A DNA stretch of 64,000 nt from Gammaproteobacteria bacterium. GTDB taxonomy: Bacteria > Pseudomonadota > Gammaproteobacteria > Steroidobacterales > Steroidobacteraceae. This document shows, one piece after another, positions 48,108 through 59,181 of the stretch. Position 1 is the first letter of the stretch. The number at the start of each line of letters is the position of its first letter. The DNA is taken from assembly GCA_020851435.1 (NCBI GenBank), contig JADZCS010000246.1, forward strand, positions 6,783-70,782, written 5' to 3'. The notes beneath the pieces are model-generated. The model was given only the letters and a program-made list of their open reading frames with translations. It ran no database searches and was not told the origin of the DNA. A program made the position numbers and the translations under genes.

Positions 48108-49429
48108 GACTGTCCCTTCGCCAGCCGTGCCAGGCGCACGGTCACGGCGTTCGCATGCGCGTCCAGGCCCTCCATCAGGGCAAGCGTCTGGGCGACCGGG
48201 CCCAGGTCCCGGATGCCCTCTTCCGTGAGTTCCTGCACGGTGATCCGCCGCGAGAAATCGGCGAGCGACAGTCCGCTGAAGGCGCGCGCGTAACCGTAGG
48301 TCGGCAGCACGTGGTTGGTGCCGCTGCAGTAATCGCCCATCGATTCGGGGGAGAGCGCGCCCAGGAACACCGACCCGGCGTGGCGAACGCGCGGCAACCA
48401 GCTGCGCGCACGCTCGACCTGGATGATCAGGTGCTCGGGCGCGTACTGGTTGGAGACCTCGAAGGCAGTCTCGAGCGTATCCACGAGGATGGCGCGGCTG
48501 GAGGCCAGCGCCGCGCGGATGATCTCGCCGCGGGCCAGGCGCTCGAGCTGATGCTCGAGCTCGCGCTGCACGCCGTGCGCCACCTCCCGGTCGGTGGTGA
48601 CCAGGATGACCTGGGCGTCGACGCTGTGCTCCGCCTGCGCAAGCAGGTCTGCGGCGACGAATTCGGCGTGCGCCGACTCGTCGGCGATGACCAGCACCTC
48701 GGAGGGGCCAGCCGGCATGTCGTAGGCGGCGCCCTCGGGATCCATGGACACCAGCAGCTTGGCGGCGGTGACCCAGGCGTTGCCGGGCCCGAAGATCTTG
48801 TCGACCTTGGGCACCGTGGCGGTTCCGTAGGCCATCGCCGCGATCGCCTGGGCGCCGCCGACCTTGAACACGTGGGTGACGCCGCAGGCCCGGGCCGTGT
48901 ACAGCACGGCCGGGTCCGCGCGGCCGTCGCGCCGCGGCGGAGTGCACATCACGCGGACGCCGCAGCCGGCGATCTCGGCAGGCACGCCGATCATGATCGC
49001 GGTCGAGGGCAGGGGCGCAGTTCCGGCGGGAACGTACATGCCGACCGACGCCAGCGGCACCTCGATGCGTTCGCACAGCACGCCCGGGACCGTCTCGACG
49101 GACAGGGGCGGAAGCCGCTGCGCGGCATGGAAGGCGCGCACCGTTCCGATGGCGCGCTCGATCGCGCGCTTCTCGTTCGGCGTGAGCGCCGTCGCGGCTT
49201 CCGTGAACTCCGCCTCCGTGACCGCGATGGCCGTGAGGTGGACGTGGTCGTGGCGCTCGGTCAGTTCGATCAAGGCGGCGTCGCCCTGCTGGCGAACGTG
49301 CTCGACGATGCGCCGTGCCGACGCCATCAGTTCTTCCTGGTCGCGTTGCGCGGGGCGACGCAGCAGGTCGTGCCGGGCCTCGCGGTCCAGGCGCGACCAG
49401 TCATGCAGGCGGAGCAGGGGGGTAGTCAT
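48104..49429 (-). CDS. hisD: Histidinol dehydrogenase HisD
   Basis: 441 aa with typical HisD sequence (GPGNAWVTAAK, ...AEH...). ATGA overlap with the hisG stop. Confidence 0.93.
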   Translation of the reverse strand: MTTPLLRLHDWSRLDREARHDLLRRPAQRDQEELMASARRIVEHVRQQGDAALIELTERHDHVHLTAIAVTEAEFTEAATALTPNEKRAIERAIGTVRAFHAAQRLPPLSVETVPGVLCERIEVPLASVGMYVPAGTAPLPSTAIMIGVPAEIAGCGVRVMCTPPRRDGRADPAVLYTARACGVTHVFKVGGAQAIAAMAYGTATVPKVDKIFGPGNAWVTAAKLLVSMDPEGAAYDMPAGPSEVLVIADESAHAEFVAADLLAQAEHSVDAQVILVTTDREVAHGVQRELEHQLERLARGEIIRAALASSRAILVDTLETAFEVSNQYAPEHLIIQVERARSWLPRVRHAGSVFLGALSPESMGDYCSGTNHVLPTYGYARAFSGLSLADFSRRITVQELTEEGIRDLGPVAQTLALMEGLDAHANAVTVRLARLAKGQS

Positions 49430-50325
49430 GGAAGCATCTTCTCGACTGGCAGCACCAGGATGGCCGAGGCGCCGGCAGCCTTAAGGGCCTCGAGGGTTTC
49501 CCAGAACACATTCTCGCGGCAAACGGCATGCACGGCGACCTTCTCGTCGGTGCCTTCGAGCGGCACGATCGTGGGGTGCTCGCTGCCCGGCAGCAGGCGC
49601 GCGATCATCGGCAGGGCCTCGCGTGGAGCGTGCAGCATGATGTACTTGCTCTCCTTGACCTGCTGCACGCCGTCGACACGGGCCAGCAGGCGGTGCAGCC
49701 AGTCACGCTTTTCGGGCGCGATCGGCTTTGGCGTGCGGATGACGACTGCCTGGCTCTCGAGGACGGTTTCGGCCTCCCGCAGGTGGTTCGCGGTCAGGGT
49801 GTTGCCGGTGGAGACCAGGTCGCAGATGAGATCGGCGCGACCCAGCCGGGGCGCTATCTCGACGGCGCCCGAGAGCGTGACGACCTGGGCCTCGACGCCG
49901 CGATCGCGCAGCCAGCGCGTGAGGATGTTCGGGTAGGTGGTGGCGATGCGCTTGCCCGCCAGCGAGGCGGCGCCCTGGTAGGGCTGGCCGTCGGGAACGG
50001 CGATGCACAGGCGGCACCGTCCGTAGTCCAGCGTCGTGACCACGTCGAACAGCGGCGATATTCCGCGGGCTTCGAATGCGAGGCGCTTCTCCTCGACCAC
50101 GTTCTGGCCGACGATGCCGAGATCGCAGACGTCTTCCTGGACGAGATCGGGGATGTCGTCGTCGCGCACGAGCAGCACGTCGAGCGGCATGTTCTCGCCG
50201 AAGCACAGCAGCTGGTCCTTGCCGCGGCTGTACTTGAGGCCGCAGCGGACCAGGAGGTCGAGCGAGTTGTCGGTGAGTCGGCCCGACTTCTGGATCGCGA
50301 GCTTGAGGCGCAGGTGCTTGTCCAT
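49426..50325 (-). CDS. hisG: ATP phosphoribosyltransferase, long form, HisG
   Basis: 299 aa. LKLAIQKSGRLTDNSLDLL...DIPDLV...DLVSTGNTL, with the C-terminal regulatory domain present. Confidence 0.93.
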   Translation of the reverse strand: MDKHLRLKLAIQKSGRLTDNSLDLLVRCGLKYSRGKDQLLCFGENMPLDVLLVRDDDIPDLVQEDVCDLGIVGQNVVEEKRLAFEARGISPLFDVVTTLDYGRCRLCIAVPDGQPYQGAASLAGKRIATTYPNILTRWLRDRGVEAQVVTLSGAVEIAPRLGRADLICDLVSTGNTLTANHLREAETVLESQAVVIRTPKPIAPEKRDWLHRLLARVDGVQQVKESKYIMLHAPREALPMIARLLPGSEHPTIVPLEGTDEKVAVHAVCRENVFWETLEALKAAGASAILVLPVEKMLP

Positions 50326-50328
50326 TTC

Positions 50329-50646
50329 TTATCCGTGGCGGGTCGGGCGCAGGCGCGCCGCGACGATTTCGTAGCCGCCGTTGCCGGCGGTGAGGTACCG
50401 CGCGACGCGGCCTATGGTGGTGACGCTGACGCCCGTGAGGCGGTTGATCTCGCGGTAGGCGAGGCCCTGGCCCAGCAGCTCGACGACGGCCCAGCGGTCC
50501 GAGAGGGCCTGGAGTTCGGCGGGCGTGCACAGGTCGCGCAGGAACGCCTTGGCCTCGTCCGGCGTGCGCAATGCAAGGATCGCGGCGCACAGGGAGCGCT
50601 CGTTGAGCGCCTCCTGGCGCTGGCTCAGCGGGCGGTGCAGCTTCAT
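50329..50646 (-). CDS. YerC/YecD-family TrpR-like DNA-binding protein, first gene of the his operon
   Basis: 105 aa. LRDLCTPAELQALSDRWAVVELLGQGLAYREINRLTGVSVTTIGRVARYL is the TrpR-like HTH of YerC/YecD proteins. Its stop lies 3 nt before the hisG ATG. Confidence 0.8.
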   Translation of the reverse strand: MKLHRPLSQRQEALNERSLCAAILALRTPDEAKAFLRDLCTPAELQALSDRWAVVELLGQGLAYREINRLTGVSVTTIGRVARYLTAGNGGYEIVAARLRPTRHG

Positions 50647-50664
50647 GGGTACGGGGTTCGCGTG

Positions 50665-50688
50665 TACTAACGTATTAATACGTTAATA
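50665..50688. promoter_or_regulatory. Palindromic operator candidate in the yerC-his promoter region
   Basis: AACGTATTAATACGTT (50669-50684) is a perfect 16-bp palindrome. It extends to 22/24 symmetric positions over 50665-50688 (TACTAACGTATTAATACGTTAATA). It lies 19-42 nt upstream of the yerC-like ATG, in the only AT-rich patch of the region. Confidence 0.55.
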
Positions 50689-50719
50689 CATTGTTGCAGC
50701 GTCCGCAAGCGCCCTTGCC

Positions 50720-50749
50720 TTGACCGCCGCCGGAGTCGGCCCGTAGAAT
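50720..50749 (+). promoter_or_regulatory. Sigma70-type promoter for the metX leader
   Basis: TTGACC (50720-50725), 18-nt spacer, TAGAAT (50744-50749). The predicted start falls just before riboswitch P1 at 50757. Confidence 0.55.
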
Positions 50750-50756
50750 CGCGCCC

Positions 50757-50950
50757 CTCATCCAGACCGGCCGAGGGATTGGGCCCTTTGACGCCGGGGC
50801 AACCCACGGGCATTAGCCCGAGAGGGTGCCAAGTCCTGCCAGGCCGTGCACAGCAGCCTGGAAGATGAGTCGCCACCCGGCGCGCCCGGGACCGGCGAGC
50901 CCCCGACGGGGCGCTCCGCAGGACCGCAATGCCCATGCGAGCCACGGAGC
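50757..50950 (+). promoter_or_regulatory. SAM-I (S-box) riboswitch with an SD-sequestering expression platform
   Basis: Aptamer 50757-50869: P1 CTCATC / GATGAG, with conserved segments GAGGGATTGGGCCCTTTGACGCCGGGGCAACC, GGTGCCAAGTCCTGC and GGAAGATGAG. These closely match the S-box consensus (GAGGGA.UGGCCC.AUGA.RCC.GGCAACC ... GGUGCCAAUUCC.GC ... GAAAGAUGAG). Downstream, GCTCCG (50913-50918) can pair with CGGAGC (50945-50950), which contains the metX SD. Confidence 0.85.
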
Positions 50951-50954
50951 CACG

Positions 50955-51965
50955 ATGACTGCCTCTCGTCCCGCCGATTTCCAAGACCGTTCTGGCCTCC
51001 TCGAGGTCCCGGGCGCAGTGAGCCTGCACCACGGCGGAACCCTCGGTGCGGTCCAGGTCGCCTGGCGCCTGGCCGGTCCCGCCGGTGCGCCGGTCGTGGC
51101 GGCCATCGGCGGCATCTCGGCAGACCGCAACGTTTTCCCCGTCGCGCCGGGCGAATACGGCTGGTGGCACACGCTCGTGGGACCCGGCAATCCCCTCGAC
51201 ACCCAGCGCTATCGCGTGCTCGGCTTCGACTACCTGGGCGGGAGCGGCCAGAGTACCGGCCCGAAGGCGGGCGGCGGCGCGTTCCAGCCCGTCGATTCAC
51301 GGGACCAGGCCCTGTTGCTGCGCCTGCTCTGCGACCATCTCGGCATCGAGCGCCTGCATTGCATCGCGGGCGCGTCGTACGGCGGCATGGTCGCACTCGC
51401 TTTCGCGGGGCTGTTCCCGGAGCGGCTGCGGCACATGCTGGTCATCAGCGCCGCGCACCGTGCGAGCCCGCTGTCCACCGCGTGGCGCTCGGTGCAGCGC
51501 GCGGCGATCCGTGACGGCCTGGCGCGGAACGATGGCCCCTCGGGCGTGCGCCTCGCGCGCGCGCTCGCCATGGCGACCTACCGCACGCGGACGGAGTTCG
51601 AGCATCGCTTCGACGGCGCGCCGCGCCGCGAGGGCGACCGCTTCGTGTTTCCCGTCGAGGAATACCTCTTCGCCCGCGGCGACGACTACGCGCGCCGCTA
51701 CGTGCCGGAGGCGTTCCTGTGCCTGTCCGAATCCATCGACCTGCACCGGATCGACCCGTCCGCGCTGCGGGTTCCCGCCACGCTGGTGGCAGTCCGGGAG
51801 GACCAACTGGTGCCCTTGAACGACATGACCGAACTGGACCGCGAACTCGGCGGCCCTGTCTCCCTGCACGTGATCGAGTCGATCTACGGCCACGACGCGT
51901 TCCTCAAGGAGCGCGACATGCTTGCCCCGGCCTTTGCCGCGGCGCTCGACGGAGAGCGCGCATGA
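50955..51965 (+). CDS. metX: Homoserine O-acyltransferase MetX (alpha/beta hydrolase)
   Basis: ATG 50955 with GGAG 5 nt upstream. Motifs: GGTLGAVQVAWRLAG, FDYLGGSGQSTGP, and the nucleophile-elbow region IAGASYGGMVAL. Confidence 0.88.
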   Translation: MTASRPADFQDRSGLLEVPGAVSLHHGGTLGAVQVAWRLAGPAGAPVVAAIGGISADRNVFPVAPGEYGWWHTLVGPGNPLDTQRYRVLGFDYLGGSGQSTGPKAGGGAFQPVDSRDQALLLRLLCDHLGIERLHCIAGASYGGMVALAFAGLFPERLRHMLVISAAHRASPLSTAWRSVQRAAIRDGLARNDGPSGVRLARALAMATYRTRTEFEHRFDGAPRREGDRFVFPVEEYLFARGDDYARRYVPEAFLCLSESIDLHRIDPSALRVPATLVAVREDQLVPLNDMTELDRELGGPVSLHVIESIYGHDAFLKERDMLAPAFAAALDGERA

Positions 51966-53122
51966 GCGCTCCACGCCGGCCACAGACGCGCACCGTGCGC
52001 GCGGCGCTCGACACCGATGCGCAGTACGGCGCGGTCGTGCCGCCGATCGTGCTCAGCTCGACGTTCACGTTCGCCGGCTTCGGCGAGCGCCGGACCTACG
52101 ACTATTCCCGCTCCGGCAATCCGACGCGCGATGCGCTCGGTGCAGCCATCGCCGACCTGGAGGGTGGCGCAGGTGGCATCATCACCACGACCGGCATGGG
52201 CGCGGTCAACCTCGCCGCGGTCCTGGCCGGGCCGGGCCAGCTGATCGTCGCGCCGCACGATTGTTATGGCGGCACGTTCCGCCTCTTGTCTGCCCTGCAG
52301 CGCACGGGCCGGGCGGATGTGCGCTTCGTCGACATGACCGACCCGGTCGCGCTGGGTAACGCGCTCGCGGCTCACCCCAGGCTGGTCTGGGTCGAGACAC
52401 CGTCGAACCCGCTGCTGCGCATCACCGACATCGCAGCGGTCTCGGCCGCCGCGCACGCCCAGGGGGCGCTGGTCGCCGTCGACAATACCTTCATGTCGCC
52501 CGGCTGGCAGCAGCCGCTCGCGCTGGGCGCAGACCTGGTCGTGCACTCGACCACCAAGTACATCAACGGTCACAGCGACATCGTAGGTGGGGCAGTGGTG
52601 GCGCGCGACGAGGGCCTGCGCGAGGAACTCGCCTGGTGGGCGAACTGCCTCGGCTTGACCGGAAGCGCCTTCGACGCCTTCCTGACCCTGCGCGGACTGC
52701 GCACCCTGCACGTCCGGTTGCGCCAGCATGCCGAGAATGCGGCGGAGATCGCGGGTCTGCTCGCAGGACACGCCGCGGTGTCGCGCGTCTTCTGGCCGGG
52801 CCTGGCTTCGCACCCGGGGCACGACCTCGCCAGGCGGCAGCAGCAGGGCTTCGGGGCGATCGTCTCGATGGAACTGGCCGGCGGCGTAGCCGCCGTGCGG
52901 CGTTTCCTCGACGGCCTGGAGTGCTTCTCGCTGGCGGAATCGCTGGGTGGCGTGGAAAGCCTCGTGGCGCACCCCTCGACCATGACCCACGCGGCCATGG
53001 ATCCCGCGGCGCGCGCCACCGCGGGCATCACCGACGGCATGCTGCGCCTCTCGGTGGGCATCGAAGACACCCAGGACCTGCTCGAGGACCTGGGTGCGGC
53101 GCTGGCACGGGCCGGGAACTAG
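51962..53122 (+). CDS. metB: Cys/Met-metabolism PLP enzyme (cystathionine gamma-synthase / O-acylhomoserine sulfhydrylase type)
   Basis: ATGA overlap with the metX stop. YSRSGNPTRDALGAAIADLEGG and HSTTKYINGHSD (PLP lysine). 386 aa. The exact reaction specificity is not assignable by eye. Confidence 0.8.
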   Translation: MSAPRRPQTRTVRAALDTDAQYGAVVPPIVLSSTFTFAGFGERRTYDYSRSGNPTRDALGAAIADLEGGAGGIITTTGMGAVNLAAVLAGPGQLIVAPHDCYGGTFRLLSALQRTGRADVRFVDMTDPVALGNALAAHPRLVWVETPSNPLLRITDIAAVSAAAHAQGALVAVDNTFMSPGWQQPLALGADLVVHSTTKYINGHSDIVGGAVVARDEGLREELAWWANCLGLTGSAFDAFLTLRGLRTLHVRLRQHAENAAEIAGLLAGHAAVSRVFWPGLASHPGHDLARRQQQGFGAIVSMELAGGVAAVRRFLDGLECFSLAESLGGVESLVAHPSTMTHAAMDPAARATAGITDGMLRLSVGIEDTQDLLEDLGAALARAGN

Positions 53123-54183
53123 CCCGCCAGGCGTTCCAGCACGGCGCTGCCGGCCTCGCGCGTGCTCGCGGGGGTGACCCCGCGGGCCGTGAGGTCGCCG
53201 GTCAGCACGCCGTCCGTGATCGCCTGTGACACGGCGCGTTCCACCGCGGCTGCTTCTGCTTCCAGGCCGAGGGAATGCCTCAGCAGCATGGCGGCAGACA
53301 GGATCGTCCCATAGGGATTGGCGATGCCGCGGCCGGCGATGTCCGGTGCCGACCCATGGATCGGCTCGTAGAGCCCGCGCGTGCCGTCCCCCAGCGACGC
53401 GGACGGCAGCAGTCCCAGCGAACCGGCCAGCATCGCGGCCTCGTCGGTGAGGATGTCGCCGAACATGTTCTCGGTGACGATCACGTCGAAATCCCGCGGC
53501 CGCTTGAGCAGGTGCATGGTCGCGGAGTCGACCAGCTGGTGCTCCAGCGAGCAGTCAGCGAATTCCGCCGCGACCACGCGCTTGACCACCCGCTGCCACA
53601 GTCTCGAGGTCTCGAGCACGTTGGCCTTGTCCACGGAGGTGATCTTGCCGCGGCGCGCGCGCGCCAGCCGGCCGGCAACCCGCGCAATGCGTTCGATCTC
53701 GACCACGGTATAGCGGCATTCGTCGGTCGCGTCGGTATCGGACGAGGTCTTCTTCCCGAAGTAGATGCCACCCGTGAGTTCGCGCACGACCATGATGTCG
53801 ACGCCTTCGAGCAGGTGGTCCTTGAGCGGCGAGGCGCCGTACAGCGCCGGATGCGGCACCACGGGACGCAGGTTGGCGTACAGGCCGAGTTCCCGGCGCA
53901 GGCCGAGGATGCTCTGTTCGGGACGCACCTTGAGCGACGGATCCGAATAACGCGGATCGCCGATGGCGCCGAACAGCACGCCGTCGGCGCCCTTCGCCGT
54001 GGCCAGCGTGGCGGCCGGCAGCGGCTCACCGCAGAGATCCATGGCGGCCGCGCCCACGGGCGCGTGTTCCAGCGTGAGCTCGTGCCCGCGCGAAGCCGCG
54101 ACGGCCTCCAGAACGCGGACGGCTTCCGCCGTCACTTCGGGGCCGATGCCGTCACCCGGCAGAACTGCGATCCTGGCCTTCAT
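53119..54183 (-). CDS. leuB: 3-isopropylmalate dehydrogenase LeuB
   Basis: 354 aa. MKARIAVLPGDGIGPEV..., NLRP, GSAPDIAG. Confidence 0.94.
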   Translation of the reverse strand: MKARIAVLPGDGIGPEVTAEAVRVLEAVAASRGHELTLEHAPVGAAAMDLCGEPLPAATLATAKGADGVLFGAIGDPRYSDPSLKVRPEQSILGLRRELGLYANLRPVVPHPALYGASPLKDHLLEGVDIMVVRELTGGIYFGKKTSSDTDATDECRYTVVEIERIARVAGRLARARRGKITSVDKANVLETSRLWQRVVKRVVAAEFADCSLEHQLVDSATMHLLKRPRDFDVIVTENMFGDILTDEAAMLAGSLGLLPSASLGDGTRGLYEPIHGSAPDIAGRGIANPYGTILSAAMLLRHSLGLEAEAAAVERAVSQAITDGVLTGDLTARGVTPASTREAGSAVLERLAG

Positions 54184-54196
54184 GCTTGCGCCTTCC

Positions 54197-54775
54197 TCAC
54201 TTGCCGAGCCGGCGCTCGTAGGCGTCGATCTCCGGGGACTTGGACAGCAGGAAGCCCAGCTCGTCGACGCCGTTCATGAGGCAGTAGCGTGCGAACGACT
54301 CGACCGGGAAGCGCACGGCGCGGCCGTTGGGCAGCGTGAGCGTGGTGGTCTCGAGGTCGACGGTGACCTCAACGCCTGGATTGGCGAGCAGCCACTGGTG
54401 GGTGTCTTCGTCGACGATCACGGGCAGCAGCCCGTTCTTGAGGGAATTGCTGCGGAAGATGTCGGCGATCTCGGTGCTGATGACGGCGCGGAAGCCGTAG
54501 TCGACCAGCGCCCAGGGGGCGTGTTCGCGCGACGAGCCGCAGCCGATGTTGCGACCGGCGACGAGCACAGCGCAGCCGACCGACTCGGGCTGGTTGAGCA
54601 CGAAGTCGGGCTTCGGCTTGCCGGCAGCGTCATAGCGCCAGTCGGCGAACAGCGCATCGCCGAGGCCGAGCTTGGTGGTGGTGGTCAGGAAGCGCGCCGG
54701 GATGATCTGGTCCGTGTCGATGTTCGACGAGGGCATCACGACGGTGCGTGAACGTAGCGTGCGGATGGGTTCCAT
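54197..54775 (-). CDS. leuD: 3-isopropylmalate dehydratase small subunit LeuD
   Basis: 192 aa. [13 protein letters not shown] and [11 protein letters not shown]. Confidence 0.93.
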   Translation of the reverse strand: MEPIRTLRSRTVVMPSSNIDTDQIIPARFLTTTTKLGLGDALFADWRYDAAGKPKPDFVLNQPESVGCAVLVAGRNIGCGSSREHAPWALVDYGFRAVISTEIADIFRSNSLKNGLLPVIVDEDTHQWLLANPGVEVTVDLETTTLTLPNGRAVRFPVESFARYCLMNGVDELGFLLSKSPEIDAYERRLGK

Positions 54776-54805
54776 TTTCTGTTCTCGCTGTTCTGTCTGG
54801 CGCGC

Positions 54806-56206
54806 TCAGGCGGCGAGCGCGCGCGGGTCCGTGATGCAGCCGGCGACGGCGGTCGCGGCGGCGGTGGCGGGGCTGGCGAGCAGGGTGCGCGCTCCCACGC
54901 CCTGGCGGCCCTCGAAGTTGCGGTTCGAGGTGCTGACCGAATACTCGCCGGAATCGACGGTGTCGCCGTTCATGCCGAGGCACATCGAGCAGCCTGATTC
55001 TCGCCACTCCGCGCCGGCGTCCGTGAACACGCGGTCCAGGCCGAGGGCCTCGGCTTCGCGCTTGACCTGCTGCGAACCGGGAACCACGAGCATGCGTACG
55101 CCCTTGGCGACCTTGCGGCCGCGAAGCACGGCGGCAGCGGCCTCGAGGTCGGACAGGCGGCCGTTGGTGCAGCTGCCGACGAACACGACGTTGACCGGCT
55201 TGCCAGCCAGCACCTGGCCGGGCGCGAAGCCCATGTAGGCCAGCGACTTCAGGAACACCGCGTCCTGCGAGTCGGGGATTCGCCCGGAGACGGGAACGAC
55301 CATGCCGGGATTCGTGCCGTAGGTGATCATGGGCTCCAGCGTTGCGGCGTCGATCACGATCTCGCGGTCGAACACGGCGCCGGCGTCCGACGCGAGCTGG
55401 CGCCAGGACTCGACGGCGCGATCCCAGTCGGCGCCCTGCGGTACGCGCGGCCTGCCTTTGAGGTACTCGAAGGTCACGTCGTCAGGCGCGATCATTCCGG
55501 CGCGGGCGCCAGCCTCGATGGACATGTTGCACACCGTCATGCGTTCGTCCATCGACAGGGCGCGGATGGCCTCGCCGCGGTACTCGATCACGTGACCGGT
55601 GCCGCCCGAAACGCCGAGCTTGCCGATGATGGCGAGGATCAGGTCCTTCGCGGTCACGCCCCGCGGCAGGCGGCCGTTGACCGTGACGGCGAGGGTTTTC
55701 GGCTTGCGCTGCAGCAGGCACTGCGTGGCGAACACGTGGCCGACCTCGGTCGAGCCGATGCCGAAGGCCAGGGCGCCGAAAGCGCCGTGAGTCGAGGTGT
55801 GGCTGTCGCCGCAGACGATCGTCTTGCCGGGCTGCGAGGCGCCGAGCTCGGGCCCGATGATGTGCACGATGCCGCGCTGGGGGTGCTGCAGGCCGATCAG
55901 CTCGACGCCGAACTCCTCGGCGTTCTGCGCTAGCTGCTCGATCTGCTTGCGGGCGGAGACCATCTTGATCGGCACGCCGCCGAAGATCTGGTCGGTCGTG
56001 GTCGGCGTGGAGTGGTCCATCGTCGCCAGCGTGCGGTCGAGCCGGCGGAGCTTGAGGCCGCGCGAACGCAGCTCGGAGAAGGACTGCGGTGAGGTGACCT
56101 CGTGGGTCAGGTGCAGGTCGATGTACAGCACGGCCGGCGTTTCGGCCGTCTCCGCGACGACCTCGTGGGCCTGCCAGACCTTCTCGAACATGGTGCGCGC
56201 GCTCAT
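54806..56206 (-). CDS. leuC: 3-isopropylmalate dehydratase large subunit LeuC
   Basis: ATG 56206-56204 ([16 protein letters not shown]...). [19 protein letters not shown] and GSCTNGR aconitase-family motifs. The longer ORF-track start is upstream shadow. Confidence 0.93.
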   Translation of the reverse strand: MSARTMFEKVWQAHEVVAETAETPAVLYIDLHLTHEVTSPQSFSELRSRGLKLRRLDRTLATMDHSTPTTTDQIFGGVPIKMVSARKQIEQLAQNAEEFGVELIGLQHPQRGIVHIIGPELGASQPGKTIVCGDSHTSTHGAFGALAFGIGSTEVGHVFATQCLLQRKPKTLAVTVNGRLPRGVTAKDLILAIIGKLGVSGGTGHVIEYRGEAIRALSMDERMTVCNMSIEAGARAGMIAPDDVTFEYLKGRPRVPQGADWDRAVESWRQLASDAGAVFDREIVIDAATLEPMITYGTNPGMVVPVSGRIPDSQDAVFLKSLAYMGFAPGQVLAGKPVNVVFVGSCTNGRLSDLEAAAAVLRGRKVAKGVRMLVVPGSQQVKREAEALGLDRVFTDAGAEWRESGCSMCLGMNGDTVDSGEYSVSTSNRNFEGRQGVGARTLLASPATAAATAVAGCITDPRALAA

Positions 56207-56255
56207 GCGTCCTGGTTCCTTGCTTGGGCTTCGGGGTGATTGGTGGGGGCTTGGC

Positions 56256-57842
<1,587 letters not shown>

Positions 57843-57886
57843 GGAAGCTCCGTCGGGCAGGGCGCGATCGCCGGAAGAGGCGGGAA

Positions 57887-57916
57887 GGGGCCGCGGCGGC
57901 AAGCCGCCGCGGCCCC
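57887..57916 (-). terminator. GC-only hairpin between ilvC and leuA
   Basis: GGGGCCGCGGCGGC-AA-GCCGCCGCGGCCCC is self-complementary (up to 14 bp, closing pairs probably open). It starts 8 nt after the ilvC stop. On the transcribed strand it is followed by a pyrimidine-rich tract, not a U-run, so it is not a canonical intrinsic terminator. Confidence 0.35.
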
Positions 57917-57923
57917 GGGACAC

Positions 57924-58916
57924 TCAGCGGTTGTCTTCAAGCCAGGGCATGCGCGCCCGGAGCTTGGCTCCCACCTTCTCGATCGGGTGCGTGAGGTCGG
58001 CCTTCATCATCTTGTTGTACTTCTTGCGGCCGGTCTTGTTTTCCTTGATCCAGGCGCGGGCGAACTTGCCCTGCTGGATGTCGGTCAGGATCGCCTTCAT
58101 CTCCTTCTTCGTGGCCTTGTTGACCACGCGCGGGCCGGAGACGAGGTCGCCGTACTTCGCGGTCTCGGAGATGTACTTGTGCATCTTCGCCAGGCCGCCC
58201 TCGTGGAGCAGGTCGACGATGAGCTTCAACTCGTGGAGGCATTCGTAGTAGGCGACTTCGGGCTGGTAGCCGGCCTCGACCAGCGTTTCGAAGCCCTTCA
58301 CGACCAGCTCGGTGGCGCCGCCGCACAGCACCGCCTGTTCGCCGAACAGGTCGGTCTCTGTCTCTTCGGCGAAGGTCGTCTCGAGCACGCCGCCGCGGGT
58401 GCCGCCGATGCCGTCGGCATAGGCGAGCGCCTTGGCGTGGGCCTTGCCGGTGGCGTCCTGGGCCACCGCGATCAGGCAGGGCACGCCGCGCCCCTGCTCG
58501 TACTGGCGGCGCACGAGGCCGCCCGGGCCCTTCGGCGCGATCAGGACGACGTCGATGTCCTTGCGCGGCTTGATCTGCTTGAAGTGGATGTTGAAGCCGT
58601 GCGCGAACAGCAGCGCGGCGCCCTTGCCCATGGCCGGCGCGATTTCCGCGTACACGGCGGGCTGCGCGAGGTCGGGGGTCAGCAGCGACACCAGCGAGGC
58701 GCCGACCACGGCCTTGGCCGGCTCGGCGACGGCGAGGCCGTCCTTGCGGGCCTGCTTCCAGCTGTCGCCACCCTTGCGGGCACCGACTACGACGTCGTAG
58801 CCGCTGTCCTTCAGGTTCAGCGCGTGGGCGCGTCCCTGGCTGCCATAGCCGACGATCGCGATCCGTGCGCCCTTGAGGGCCTTCTTGTCGACATCCTTCC
58901 GCGAGTAAATCCGCAT
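57924..58916 (-). CDS. ilvC: Ketol-acid reductoisomerase IlvC (class I)
   Basis: 330 aa. [10 protein letters not shown]...[28 protein letters not shown] upstream. Confidence 0.95.
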   Translation of the reverse strand: MRIYSRKDVDKKALKGARIAIVGYGSQGRAHALNLKDSGYDVVVGARKGGDSWKQARKDGLAVAEPAKAVVGASLVSLLTPDLAQPAVYAEIAPAMGKGAALLFAHGFNIHFKQIKPRKDIDVVLIAPKGPGGLVRRQYEQGRGVPCLIAVAQDATGKAHAKALAYADGIGGTRGGVLETTFAEETETDLFGEQAVLCGGATELVVKGFETLVEAGYQPEVAYYECLHELKLIVDLLHEGGLAKMHKYISETAKYGDLVSGPRVVNKATKKEMKAILTDIQQGKFARAWIKENKTGRKKYNKMMKADLTHPIEKVGAKLRARMPWLEDNR

Positions 58917-58964
58917 GTAACGCTCCCGTTCCTGGTGTCAGTCCAGGGCCCCTGCGGGCCCGCC

Positions 58965-59181
58965 ATATAACGAAGAACCCCGCCTCGGCGGCTGCCGTTG
59001 CGGGGTTCCTCAGGTCTGTGGTTCCGGTTGGATCTCAGCCTGTAGTCCCGCACCTCCGCGCGAGGAGCAGAAGGTCGAGACCAAGTTCGGAAAGAAGCAC
59101 GACGGGGTCACCGGCGGCCTGGCCGCGGTTCCGCTGATGGGGCACATTGAGGAAGGCCGTAAATGTCATGGCTTCGTGCAT
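58965..59181 (-). promoter_or_regulatory. Candidate transcription attenuator: Leu/Val-rich leader ORF plus terminator hairpin upstream of ilvC-leuACDB
   Basis: The minus-strand ORF ends at TGA 59037-59035 with ...GDPVVLLSELGLDLLLLARRCGTTG (8 Leu and 2 Val in 14 residues, nt 59059-59103). In-frame ATGs at 59181 and 59169. Downstream hairpin 59007-58976 (AACCCCGC-AA-CGGC AGCC GCCG-AG-GCGGGGTT) is followed by CTTCGTTATAT, ending 59 nt before the ilvC ATG. Candidate promoter: TTGACA (59225-59220), 18 nt, TGTTAT (59201-59196). Confidence 0.4.

Noticed and set aside
50647-50720. His-codon leader peptide or attenuator for the his operon
   Set aside because: Only about 20-70 nt are available upstream of the yerC-like start. 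This stretch contains no ORF with consecutive His codons and no terminator hairpin.
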